From contig CAVTWJ010000009.1 in NCBI GenBank assembly GCA_963738405.1, positions 256,001 to 320,000 on the forward strand: 64,000 nt of DNA, written 5' to 3'. Positions 8,623 through 18,456 of the stretch are shown piece by piece. A program made the translations under genes and the position numbers. The stretch comes from a candidate division FCPU426 bacterium. Lineage in GTDB: Bacteria > Oederibacteriota > Muellerivitia > Muellerivitales > Muellerivitaceae. The notes under the pieces were generated by a model, which was given only the letters and a program-made list of their open reading frames with translations, did no database searches and was not told the origin of the DNA. Each line of letters opens with the position of its first letter. Within the stretch, counting starts at the first letter, position 1.

Positions 8623-10098
8623 CTATAAGAAGACCGTTCCTGAAATTTCCATGCCGTCCAATATTCCCCCATTGGCCGAATTCTGCAGGTCCGTCTGTTC
8701 CCCCACCCAAAGTCTCAAATCACAGGCCCAATTGGTATCCTCCCAGCCTAAGCCTGTGTTCAATGTCACGAGAAGGTCTTGAAAGTTCGAGACCTGGAAA
8801 TATTGGTCATCCTCGGCGGTCAGGCCAAGCCGGTAAGCCAGATGTTCATTCAGCCACCTTTCCCCCCCGAGGGTGAATTGGAAATAGTTGAAGTCGGTCG
8901 AGATGGTGGTGACCGCGGCGGCGATGGCCGAATGGTCCAGGGTGTAATTCAGGCTCGAAAACTGGATTCCCAGGGTGTAATCGTGGATGGCTTCCACGCC
9001 CACCCCCAAATTCGTCAAGACCTGTTGGCGGTTGATGTTGTCGGTGACGTTGAGGCCCGTGCCAATATCGTCGGTGTTGTTGAAAAAGGAGGAAATGAAC
9101 CCGCCGATTTTAAGGTTTTCACGTCCCGAGAGGGGAAAGGACAAGCGGAAACTGCCCGTGGCATTCATGGATTGGTATTGAGAAGAATGAAAAGAGTTGA
9201 CGTTGGGGTAATCGGTGTTGGTTTGGGAAACGGTCCTCGCGAAATTGGTGTCGTCATAGATCATGAAGTAACTGAAGCGCAGGATCATCTGGTGGGGAAC
9301 CTCGTATCTGAGTTCGGGCCCGAAAAAGTAATAATCCGAAAGGGTATTGTTTTGCTGAAAGCTAAAGGGCCCGCCGCCTGGAAAAACCAAGCTGGTATTG
9401 AGGATGTTGGTCCCGCCCGCGACCTGGGCCTCAAATACCCCTCCAGCCTGCCAAAAGGCATCGTGGGGCCCCCGCTTTTCGGGGAAGGTCGAAAGCAATC
9501 CGGCCCTGATGAAGGTTTGGTTGAGAGCGCTGGAGCCCGATTGGAGCGAATAGGGATTGCCCGTGATCTTTCCATATTGATAGACACCCTGGTCAAAGGC
9601 GTTGTCCGATTCCATGTTGCGGATTTCCAACCCTAGGGCCAAGGGCCCGAGGCTGACCGCCCCCCGCAGGAGGCCCCGGTATTGGGAAGCGGTGAAACTA
9701 TCGAGAAAATTGTTCCCCGTTTGGCCCGTCTGGGAAAGAAAATCCCCGCCCGCCTGGAAGGCCAAGCCGGGTGAGGGAAAGGCCATTAGCCCTGAGTAGT
9801 GGATATCGTTTTCATTGGCCAGCCAGGGGATGGAACCGGTCGTTTGCTGGAAGGAGCCGGGCTGAACCGGCTGGCTGTTTTGCTGTACCCACTGGAAGGC
9901 CGCATCCAAGCGGTCATGGGTGTCCAATAGGACAAGGCCGGCCGGGTTGCCGTCCATGAAAAAGCTCAAGTCGGTGGTTTCGTCCGTCAGGATAGTCGAC
10001 AGGCCGCCGGTGGCTTGAACGCGGGTTTCGGAGGGAAAACAGGGCTGGGTCAGGGCTGACAAAATCAATATTCCCGCAAACCCAAAAAGCCTTTTCAC
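8623..10098 (-). CDS. Hypothetical outer-membrane beta-barrel protein
   Basis: Probable GTG start at 10098 after GGAGGG; signal peptide; 'F.D.NPAGL' N-terminal motif; many amphipathic strands; ends EISGTVFL. Confidence 0.6.
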   Translation of the reverse strand: MKRLFGFAGILILSALTQPCFPSETRVQATGGLSTILTDETTDLSFFMDGNPAGLVLLDTHDRLDAAFQWVQQNSQPVQPGSFQQTTGSIPWLANENDIHYSGLMAFPSPGLAFQAGGDFLSQTGQTGNNFLDSFTASQYRGLLRGAVSLGPLALGLEIRNMESDNAFDQGVYQYGKITGNPYSLQSGSSALNQTFIRAGLLSTFPEKRGPHDAFWQAGGVFEAQVAGGTNILNTSLVFPGGGPFSFQQNNTLSDYYFFGPELRYEVPHQMILRFSYFMIYDDTNFARTVSQTNTDYPNVNSFHSSQYQSMNATGSFRLSFPLSGRENLKIGGFISSFFNNTDDIGTGLNVTDNINRQQVLTNLGVGVEAIHDYTLGIQFSSLNYTLDHSAIAAAVTTISTDFNYFQFTLGGERWLNEHLAYRLGLTAEDDQYFQVSNFQDLLVTLNTGLGWEDTNWACDLRLWVGEQTDLQNSANGGILDGMEISGTVFL

Positions 10099-10230
10099 AA
10101 TACCCTCCACGGCGGGTTTCCCCGCCTCCGTTAGATAGCTTCCAAAACTCCTCAAGTGCCCCCTGGGCGGGTAAAGTATATCCTTGGAAGAGGGCAGGTT
10201 GGGATACGTTTTGGCGTTGAAATACATTAA

Positions 10231-10374
10231 CAGGGCGCTAAAAAGTGTTTTCAGCGCCCTGTCGACAGCCATGGGTTTGAACGAGCCACAAAAAAAAGGT
10301 TTTTATATTCGTGGCTCGTTCCTAAGTATGAAAAAGTCCAAAAAGTCTAATCTGTGGACTTTTTCAACAACCTG
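10231..10374. mobile_element. MITE-like non-autonomous element with IS5-like ends and TTAA target duplication
   Basis: TTAA|CAGGGCGCTAAAAAGT ... ACTTTTTCAACAACCTG|TTAA; three internal hairpins; no ORF. Confidence 0.6.
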
Positions 10375-10519
10375 TTAAAATACTCCTGTCACGGGGTGAA
10401 AGTTTTTAAGTTTGCGGCACTTCACCAAACTTTTCGAGAGGGCGGGTTGAAAAAAATCCAAAGGATGTTTTCGCCTCAGCTCTTTTCTCTTTTGTCCAAT
10501 ACCTCGTCTGAAGGCATGA

Positions 10520-13500
10520 ATGAAAACCAAAGCTGTTAAACCGGTCCGGTTCGGAGACCGGATCGAACTTGAAATTACCTCCCTGGCCTTCGGGGGGGAC
10601 TCGGTAGGGCGGTACCAGGACTTCGCGATTTTTATTCCCGGAGGTCTGCCTGGGGAAAGGGTGACGGCCCAGATCACCCAGGTGAAAGACCAATTCGCCG
10701 TCGGGAAAATCATCGGGTTCACCCGCCGTTCCCCCGACCGGGTGGAGCCGCCCTGCCCCATTTTCGAGGAGTGCGGGGGCTGCCATTGGCAGCACTTTCA
10801 ATATCCCCGTCAGCTTCAGGCCAAGCGGCAGTTCCTGGTCGACTCCCTGGAGCGCATCGGCAAACTCACGAACGTCACGGTCCAACCCTGTCTTCCCTCG
10901 CCCTCTTCCTACCATTACCGCAACAAGGCCATGCCGGTTACTTCCATGCGGGACGGACATTTCGTGGCGGGCATTTTCGAGCCCCGTTCCCACAAGCTGG
11001 TGCCCTACCAAAACTGTCCCATCCAGGCTGACGCCATCAACGAGCTAATCCAACAGGTGTTAAGGAAGATCGACCGCTCCGGCTTGACGCCCTACCAGGA
11101 AAAATCCCACACGGGATTCATGCGGCACCTGGCCGTGCGCAAGGGCGAGAAAACAGGGGAAATCCTTTTGGCCCTGGTCACCCGAACCGAAATTCCCGAA
11201 GAAAGGGTTCAAACGCCCGATGTGTCCTTGGAATCCCTGCCCGAAATTCTTCCCCGTCTGGCAAAGGAACTGATGGCGGAGGTGCCTCACCTGGTGGGTG
11301 TTTTGCAAAACGTCAACCCCTCCAGAACCAACATCGTCTTTGGGTCCACGACCCGCGTCCTGGCGGGCCGGGACCATTACTTCGAAGAGCTCGACCATCT
11401 GAAGCTGAAGGTCTCGCTGCAATCCTTTCTCCAGGTGAACACCCTTCAGGCCGACCTGCTGCACGAGGTGGTGCGGGAGGCCCTAGGGCGCCCGGAAAAC
11501 GGCGGAAAATGGCAGACGGTTCTGGACCTTTACAGCGGTATCGGCACCCTGGCCCTGGCGGTATCCAACGAGTGCGAATATGTGGTGGGCATCGAGGAAG
11601 TGGGCCCCGCGGTGGAGGATGCCAAGGCTAACCTTTTATTAAACCAGCGGGACAACATCGATTTTTTAGAAGGCGACGTCTCGCAGGTCCTGTTGGGATT
11701 GAAAGAAAAGGGGCTGACCCAGGTGGACGCGGTCATCGTGGATCCTCCCCGCAAGGGCGTGCTGCCCGAGGTTTTGGCCCGGGTGGGAGCCTTGCGGCCC
11801 CAGCGGATGGTCTATGTCTCCTGCGATCCTTCCACCCTGGCGAGGGATTTGGCGCTTTTGGCCAAACACGGCTACGAGGCTGAATGGGCGCAGCCACTGG
11901 ATATGTTCCCCCAAACCTACCATGTGGAGACGGTGGTCCGGCTGACCCGCACCGTGCCCAGGGAAACGATCGATGGATATTCCACCGGTGAAAAACTGGA
12001 ACCCTTCCGACTTCCCCGGGAAGCGGACGCCATCCCAAGCACTTCCTTCATCCAGAACAGCGTCAAGTTTTTAGGAAAAGGGATTATGAGCTTAAGCCGG
12101 GCCCTGAGGTCGGGATGGGCCAAGGCGAGTAAAAACATGACCCGGGCGAACCAATGGGCCGGGAAGGTAGTGGAAAAGTTTAATCCTGCGCGCCCCATGG
12201 AAGAACCCGTGAAGTTGATCCAAGAACCCCCATCTCCTCTTCCTGAACCCAAACCCGTTATGGACCATGAGGAGGCCATCCGGCGGTTTTTGTGGGGTTC
12301 TATCCAGGAAGAGCAATTGACCCAGACGGCTCCGCCTCCCGCCATTTCCATAACCCAAGCCCTAGAACCCGATCCCGTTGTGGAGGATTTTTCGGAAACC
12401 GTCCTTGTTAAGTTCGCCACCATTGAGGAAGCCCTGGAATCCGCCATTCAAGATGAGGCGCCCGAACCGGCGCCCGTTTTAACCATCGAACCAGCCGCTG
12501 TTCCTTCGTCAGCGGCGGAAGAACCCAAACCGGCTGTCTCGGAGGATATGTTTTCGAGGATGGTTTTGGATGGAACCCTTGATTCCAACAGGGCCCAAGA
12601 ACCCATTTCTGAAATGGCAGTCCCTGATAAGCCGGTTTTTAAAAGTGAACTGTCTGGGACGAACCTGGAATCGCAATTTTACTTCCCGACCTTCAAGGCC
12701 CTTTACGCCGCGGCCCAATCCTGGTTGCGGGGGGAAGGGGTCATTTGGGCCTTTTCGTCCCGCCGAATTTGGGGCGCCGCGGGAGCCCTTTTCGGGCTCT
12801 TTCTTTTGGTTTTCCTGGCCAAGGCCACCTTGACGCCCCTCGTTTCCCAACCCGCCATTCCCTTGAAAACCCTGTCCCTGGAAATTCCGGATGTGGTGGC
12901 CTTGATGCCCAAGGGAAGTTACTTGCGCTATGAGATGGTCCCTTTCGAGCTCAAGGTCGACTCGATGAACTACAAGCGTTTCCAAGAAAGCCGCGCCTAT
13001 GTGGAAGTCTTGAGAGACGGAAAACCGGTGACGATGGTGGACGGCCAAACCCGGATGGTTTTGGGAAAGGAATCCGAGGGAAGAAAGTTTTTCGGGAACT
13101 GGCCCATTCCCTATAACCCCCCGCCCGGCACCTATTTGGCCCAGGTGACCCTGGTGGATCCCGAAAGATCCAACCCCCGCGTCTTCCAATCGGCCTTCAC
13201 GATTCCGCCCCTCCAGCCTTCCGGACTGGAACCGGGTTACGCGGTCCTGACCATGGAGGGGGGGAAACAACTGATTAAGGGCGCTGTCCCTTCTTTGGAT
13301 GAAAACGGGGCCATGAGCACCGCAAACGCCATCGATTGGGCCAAGTTCATGGGCGCCAATGTTTTTTGCAACTTGGTGGCCGAAACCGCCATTTGGGACC
13401 GGTTTTACCCGGAGGACTTTCCCTTCAATCGGGAAGAAATGGAAAACGGGCGCAAATACTCCAGCGCCGCGCACTCGGCAGGGCTTAAGTACGCGGCCTA

Positions 13501-14707
13501 CATGACCACTTTCAAAGTCGGCGGGGACGGCTGGCAGCAGGCACCCTACGAATTTTCCTTAGGGTATGACCTCAGCACGGATCAGGTGATCCAGACCCGA
13601 TTCATTTCATTGGATGACCCCAAACGGCAGCAGGACATTTTGGATTTCCTCCAGGCCATGAACAAGGACAACACCGTGGATTACGTGGGTTTGGATTACG
13701 TCCGCACGGGTTTCGCGGGTTATGAACTGGTGGATGAGTTCGTGAAAGATCTGACCATGACCCTGCCGGAGGGGTTCGACAAGATGGCCGAGCCCGATCG
13801 CATCCATTGGCTGGCTCGCACTGTGGAGCATAAAGAGGACAAGCAGGTGGTGGCCCTATTCGAGTGGTGGAGGGCCCACAAGGTGGCCACCATCCTGAAA
13901 AAAATATTGGACGAGGCCAAGATGACCAAGCCCGTTTTCACCTTCACCCTGGGCTGGGAAATGGGGCATCAGCACGGACAGGACCCGGCCATGCTGGTGG
14001 ACGCCGGCATCAACTTCAACCACATCATGCTTTATGAGGGGGACCGCAGCACTATCGAGGACATGAAACACCACTGGCCCAATTACCTTTCACGGGAAGG
14101 CGGTATGTACGTTCCAGGCGAGGAGGTCGATTTCAACATGGTCCAGAAAAGCCTGGACCCTCCCGCGCCCGAGGAGCTTTATAACCGGGAGGTGGAAACC
14201 TTCAATCTCTGGTATGGCTTGAACGCCAACCTGGGAATGTTTTGGCACGACCTCTACCGCCTGGTTTGGGGCGTGAGGGGGCCCTATTCCCGAATGGAGT
14301 GGGCGATTTCGGGAGGGAAAGCCTTCACGACCCTCCGGCAGGCCGAGGGACTGCTGCCGGTAGAGGTGAATTTGATCGCGCCTAAGGAAGCTCCGTTGGG
14401 GGTTTCGGTGCCCCTGACAGTGGACATCCATAACCATTCGGACCACATGATCAAAGGGCTTGTCTTGCGCCAGCTGGACGCCACCAAGGATTTTTACAGC
14501 ACCCTCGCCACTGTGGGGCCCTTGGATGTCTCGCCCGGGATGGTCGTGCGGGTGAAAAGTCTTTTTGTGAACCTGCCAAAGGAAGCCCAGCCCGAGAGGG
14601 ACAATCAAAACATGGCGGCCATTTTGTTGGAAACGCCGGATGACTCGATCCACGCTTTTGATTTTGCCTACCTCAAGGGCCAATCGGGACGTAAGTCCAA
14701 ACCCTAG
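10520..14707 (+). CDS. rlmD: 23S rRNA (uracil-5)-methyltransferase RlmD fused to a linker, TM helix and a large extracytoplasmic GH-like domain
   Basis: TRAM domain, CPIFEECGGC Fe-S motif, DLYSGIG, VDPPRKG, YVSCDPSTLARDL and DMFPQTYHVETV in aa 1-~480, followed by ~915 extra residues. Confidence 0.85.
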   Translation: MKTKAVKPVRFGDRIELEITSLAFGGDSVGRYQDFAIFIPGGLPGERVTAQITQVKDQFAVGKIIGFTRRSPDRVEPPCPIFEECGGCHWQHFQYPRQLQAKRQFLVDSLERIGKLTNVTVQPCLPSPSSYHYRNKAMPVTSMRDGHFVAGIFEPRSHKLVPYQNCPIQADAINELIQQVLRKIDRSGLTPYQEKSHTGFMRHLAVRKGEKTGEILLALVTRTEIPEERVQTPDVSLESLPEILPRLAKELMAEVPHLVGVLQNVNPSRTNIVFGSTTRVLAGRDHYFEELDHLKLKVSLQSFLQVNTLQADLLHEVVREALGRPENGGKWQTVLDLYSGIGTLALAVSNECEYVVGIEEVGPAVEDAKANLLLNQRDNIDFLEGDVSQVLLGLKEKGLTQVDAVIVDPPRKGVLPEVLARVGALRPQRMVYVSCDPSTLARDLALLAKHGYEAEWAQPLDMFPQTYHVETVVRLTRTVPRETIDGYSTGEKLEPFRLPREADAIPSTSFIQNSVKFLGKGIMSLSRALRSGWAKASKNMTRANQWAGKVVEKFNPARPMEEPVKLIQEPPSPLPEPKPVMDHEEAIRRFLWGSIQEEQLTQTAPPPAISITQALEPDPVVEDFSETVLVKFATIEEALESAIQDEAPEPAPVLTIEPAAVPSSAAEEPKPAVSEDMFSRMVLDGTLDSNRAQEPISEMAVPDKPVFKSELSGTNLESQFYFPTFKALYAAAQSWLRGEGVIWAFSSRRIWGAAGALFGLFLLVFLAKATLTPLVSQPAIPLKTLSLEIPDVVALMPKGSYLRYEMVPFELKVDSMNYKRFQESRAYVEVLRDGKPVTMVDGQTRMVLGKESEGRKFFGNWPIPYNPPPGTYLAQVTLVDPERSNPRVFQSAFTIPPLQPSGLEPGYAVLTMEGGKQLIKGAVPSLDENGAMSTANAIDWAKFMGANVFCNLVAETAIWDRFYPEDFPFNREEMENGRKYSSAAHSAGLKYAAYMTTFKVGGDGWQQAPYEFSLGYDLSTDQVIQTRFISLDDPKRQQDILDFLQAMNKDNTVDYVGLDYVRTGFAGYELVDEFVKDLTMTLPEGFDKMAEPDRIHWLARTVEHKEDKQVVALFEWWRAHKVATILKKILDEAKMTKPVFTFTLGWEMGHQHGQDPAMLVDAGINFNHIMLYEGDRSTIEDMKHHWPNYLSREGGMYVPGEEVDFNMVQKSLDPPAPEELYNREVETFNLWYGLNANLGMFWHDLYRLVWGVRGPYSRMEWAISGGKAFTTLRQAEGLLPVEVNLIAPKEAPLGVSVPLTVDIHNHSDHMIKGLVLRQLDATKDFYSTLATVGPLDVSPGMVVRVKSLFVNLPKEAQPERDNQNMAAILLETPDDSIHAFDFAYLKGQSGRKSKP

Positions 14708-14926
14708 CGGATGTACCTAATTTCCCGCCGACCCCTTGATGATGAGGGTCATAGTGGCCAAACCCTTTAAAGTTAAAACCCTTCATGAAAGGGTTTTACT
14801 GAGATTGGAAAAGTTCAAGCGTTTTAAAAGTTACATGGCTGTTCCTTGAAAAAAAAACTAACGTCCCTCTCGGCCTTTTAGTAAAATACCCCGGCTTTGC
14901 TCCTTTATCCCCCGCACGAGGTTGAT

Positions 14927-15694
14927 ATGTTTTCCCCGAAACTGAACGCCTTGCTGGGGCTCTTTTTGGTTTTTCTCCTGGCCGGATGCGGAGCGGTTTT
15001 CATCAATCCCGGTTCTTCCCAATCCTCCCTGCGCGAGGGCCTTTCCAACCCCGATCTCAACAAGGTAAAGGTCGCCGTTCCCCACGACCAATCCGTGATT
15101 TGCAATTTCGATGATGGCACCAAAAACACCAATTCCAAACTTTATGGGAAATCGGGCGGAACCTGGTTTGATTTTTCCGAAGGGGGCAATGTCCCGAACG
15201 CGGTTTTTATCGTTCCGGGAGGCGCCAACGGCTCCGCCATGGCCGCCCATATTTTCGGCTCCTTGACGGATAAGGGTGATAAGTCCTATCCCGCCTTCTC
15301 GATTCAGGGCAAATTCACCGCCAGCGGCAACTACGACGCCAGCGCCTTTAACGGAATTCAGTTTTATTACAAATGCCCTGCGGACGACCAGGCCGTCAAA
15401 CGCCGTTTTGTCATCGCCACGGTGCCCACCCTGCCCTCTGAAAACGGCGGAACCTGCGTTTCGGACTGCTACAACCATTTTGGGGCCATGATGTCCCAAA
15501 CCAACGATTGGAAACTCTGTTCCTATAAGTTCACCGAATTGACCCGGGAACAGGGGTGGGGTTCTCCCGTAACCCCCCCCGATTTGATCGACCACCTCAA
15601 GGAATTCGTCTATTTAGAATGGGACCAAAGCGGGGACAACAACGCCGGGACCTACGCGATTGATTATTGGGTGGATGAGGTCGAATTTTTCTAA
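14927..15694 (+). CDS. Lipoprotein with CBM11/CIA30-like carbohydrate-binding domain
   Basis: Lipobox LLAGC; ICNFDDG, YDASAFNGIQFYYK, GGTC..DCYNHF, YWVDEVEFF; RBS GAGG. Confidence 0.75.
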   Translation: MFSPKLNALLGLFLVFLLAGCGAVFINPGSSQSSLREGLSNPDLNKVKVAVPHDQSVICNFDDGTKNTNSKLYGKSGGTWFDFSEGGNVPNAVFIVPGGANGSAMAAHIFGSLTDKGDKSYPAFSIQGKFTASGNYDASAFNGIQFYYKCPADDQAVKRRFVIATVPTLPSENGGTCVSDCYNHFGAMMSQTNDWKLCSYKFTELTREQGWGSPVTPPDLIDHLKEFVYLEWDQSGDNNAGTYAIDYWVDEVEFF

Positions 15695-15703
15695 GATCTT
15701 TGA

Positions 15704-18451
15704 ATGTTGTTTGATCAACTTGAACCCAAGGGATGGATTTTGAAAATCAAGTTTTCAATCTTTTTGGCGGTGTTAACGGGGTGCGGTGTTTTATTGCCGA
15801 CGGGCCGTCTTTGGGCCAACCCTTATGAGGAAGTCACCTCCGATGAGGCGGTTTATCAAAGGGTCAAGCACCTGGAGACCTACGGCCTTTTGGATCCTAC
15901 CGACCAGCAGGTTTTGGATCAGGGAAAAATCGTTACCCGGATGGAACTTGCCTTTTATACCGAAAAGGCCAAGGCCCGCATTGAGGCCCCCATGTTAGGC
16001 CCCGCGCCAGTCCCCGGTGCCCTAACGGTCCCGACACCCGAAATCACCATTCCCTCTAACCTTGAGGTTTTGCCGCCTACGCTTCCGACCGCCACCCCGG
16101 TTTCTGCCGCTCCCACCCCTGCCGTGCCCGAGCCTGTGGTTCCCTCGACTCCCGAAGTTCCCACGGCTATTCCGACCCTGGCGCCCAACTATCCCCCAGC
16201 CGCTAAGGCCGAAATTGAGCAGCTTTTAAAAGAACTCAGTGACTCCACCCAGATTTTAAAAACCCGTTTGGCCTTGGAAGACGAACGCTTGAAAGACCGG
16301 GAAGCGGAATTGGAAAACCTCAAAACCGTTCAGGATGACGTGGATAGCGTCTGGAAAAAAGCCAACAAATCGGTGGGGATTCCTAATTTCAACACCAATA
16401 CCAATACCCGCTTCGAGAATTTGAACATCTCCGGCATCGCCTCGCAAAGCGCCACCAAGATTTTGCAGGAAGCCTGGGTGGGCATGTACACCGATTTAGG
16501 GGGCGTGGGCACCCTTTCCACCGGCTTCGGCATGATCCTTCCCTTCGATAATTACTCGGCTAAGGTTCAGGTGGCGGGCGTAGGAACAGCCCCGGCTTCC
16601 ATCTACCTCGGCAACCCGAGCGCCAACTTCCACCTTTACGGCGACTTGGGCAAGTGGGACACCACCTTCGCGGTGGAATGCTACCAGCCGGACACCACCT
16701 TCGGGCCCTTCAGCCGGGGCATCGCCAATACCGCCATCAAGCGTTTTGAGAACCCTTTTGACATCAAAAACTTCAACGACGACAAGAACGCCAAAAACTG
16801 GGACGACTACATGTCCCAGGTCAGCTATGTCCCCGCCTACTCGGCCAACGCGGGAAACGTGCAATCCGCCAGCGACCGGGTGTTTGACGGCATGTACGCG
16901 ACAGGGCGGCAGGTGCCCTGGCTGGGGCCGGACGGGCGGATGACTTTTATGGTGGGCCGCATGGGGGAAACCCCGACCCAAACCCAGCGGTGGGAAGAGG
17001 GCCTGAAGATCGACCAGCCCTGGGCCGACAGCCTGGTGCGCACGTCGGTGGCTGTAGAATGGATCAATGACAATTTCGGGGTCGTGCAGCCCCTTCAGCC
17101 CCAGTTGGATTTGAAAGATTACGAAGCCGATATCCACTTAAACCTGAACGCGGTGCAGGTGGACTTCGACGGCGGATTCTCTCATTTCTATACCGGCTCC
17201 GAAATAGCGGGGCCCGTTTACCTGAACACGGGCAACGCCATCGTGGACAACAGCGCTATCGAGTCGGGCGCGGGCCAGGCCTCCATCGCCTTTTACCCCT
17301 TCACGCTTTTTGGGTTCGCCATCGGCGACACCTACGCCGATTACCAAAGCAAGGTCACCATGAGCGGGCTTAACTTTTTCCATTACGGACTCTATTTCAA
17401 TCCCAGTGATTTTAACGACGTGTACGGGGCCATCGGGGAAGTGGACAATCTTCAAACCGACCGATACGGCTGGCGTTTCAACTTTGGGTGGAATGGGCGA
17501 AAACAAGAGTTCATGAAAAAGTGGCCGTCTTTCCTGGATGGTATCGTGATCAACTTGGATGTGGCGCAAAAGTCGGAATTCGTTTCCGTTCAAGACCCCA
17601 TGGGCTACAACACCATCGAGCCCTCGCAATTCTTAAGTTTTTACTACCCCGACGACGAGGGTCTTTGGGGCTTGGATATGTGGGGAAACTATTCTCCCAA
17701 CGTCAACCCGATCCGTCAGGACTACATTAACAACATTCAAAGCCTAAGAAACGACGGGGATATCTTGAACGATGACGCAAGGTACCAGTTCCGCATGACC
17801 TCCGAGCGCCTCCCCTTGATTCTTCCTATCTATAACAACGGCGGCACCCTCAGCCTCGCCCCCGCCAACCCGAACCAGGCCCCCGCCACCTACACGAGCG
17901 GCCTTTCCAAGGGCTACAACGAGTACGCTAACCTGCAGGATCTTAAAAGCTACAACTACATCACCCTCACCACCAAGCTCAAGGTGGGGCAATGGTTGAA
18001 TTCAAATCCCCTGGATCTTTCCTTCTTCATGACGATCAACCAGGTTTCCGCCTCCAGTTCCAACGCCTATAGCTACTTGAACCCCAACCTGGCGGGCTCC
18101 GCTACAACAGCCTCCCCGGGCTCCCCCTCTTCCACCTCCCCCTCGGTTTTTTCAGACAATATCCCGAACCTTTTCACCCAGCAGGTGTTTGACGGCGCCA
18201 TCATGATTAATGTGGTTAAAGACCTGGATTTGATGGGCGACATCGGCGTGGAAACCTGGAACTCCAATTACACCTACCCGCTAGTCAATTACCAAACCAA
18301 CGCCTACGGCCTCGGATTCGCATGGGACCTTCCCTGGGGCGGCGGCAAGATGGAATGGCGATATAAACATATCGATTTCGCGGACGCCTACGTGCCCGCC
18401 AATGATTATTCGGGCGACCAGTTTTTCACCAAAATTAAATTCATGTTTTAA
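15704..18451 (+). CDS. SLH-like + Pro-rich + coiled-coil + beta-barrel outer-membrane protein (paralog 1)
   Basis: Signal peptide; ANPYEEV...AVYQRVKHLETYGLL...TRMELA (SLH-like); acidic coiled coil; beta-rich C-terminus ending KIKFMF. Confidence 0.7.
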   Translation: MLFDQLEPKGWILKIKFSIFLAVLTGCGVLLPTGRLWANPYEEVTSDEAVYQRVKHLETYGLLDPTDQQVLDQGKIVTRMELAFYTEKAKARIEAPMLGPAPVPGALTVPTPEITIPSNLEVLPPTLPTATPVSAAPTPAVPEPVVPSTPEVPTAIPTLAPNYPPAAKAEIEQLLKELSDSTQILKTRLALEDERLKDREAELENLKTVQDDVDSVWKKANKSVGIPNFNTNTNTRFENLNISGIASQSATKILQEAWVGMYTDLGGVGTLSTGFGMILPFDNYSAKVQVAGVGTAPASIYLGNPSANFHLYGDLGKWDTTFAVECYQPDTTFGPFSRGIANTAIKRFENPFDIKNFNDDKNAKNWDDYMSQVSYVPAYSANAGNVQSASDRVFDGMYATGRQVPWLGPDGRMTFMVGRMGETPTQTQRWEEGLKIDQPWADSLVRTSVAVEWINDNFGVVQPLQPQLDLKDYEADIHLNLNAVQVDFDGGFSHFYTGSEIAGPVYLNTGNAIVDNSAIESGAGQASIAFYPFTLFGFAIGDTYADYQSKVTMSGLNFFHYGLYFNPSDFNDVYGAIGEVDNLQTDRYGWRFNFGWNGRKQEFMKKWPSFLDGIVINLDVAQKSEFVSVQDPMGYNTIEPSQFLSFYYPDDEGLWGLDMWGNYSPNVNPIRQDYINNIQSLRNDGDILNDDARYQFRMTSERLPLILPIYNNGGTLSLAPANPNQAPATYTSGLSKGYNEYANLQDLKSYNYITLTTKLKVGQWLNSNPLDLSFFMTINQVSASSSNAYSYLNPNLAGSATTASPGSPSSTSPSVFSDNIPNLFTQQVFDGAIMINVVKDLDLMGDIGVETWNSNYTYPLVNYQTNAYGLGFAWDLPWGGGKMEWRYKHIDFADAYVPANDYSGDQFFTKIKFMF

Positions 18452-18456
18452 CGGAA

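Noticed and set aside
8779..9636. 285-aa plus-strand ORF
   Set aside because: Lies opposite the longer minus-strand gene, which has an RBS, a signal peptide and a convergent terminator.
10105..10135. GAAA-tetraloop hairpin just upstream of the barrel gene RBS, and a similar hairpin at 59702-59719
   Set aside because: Considered as c-di-GMP or other riboswitches, but the remaining conserved aptamer elements could not be found.
10099..10272. N-terminal extension of ORF 8623..10272
   Set aside because: Overlaps the MITE and promoter region; a better GTG start with an RBS is at 10098.
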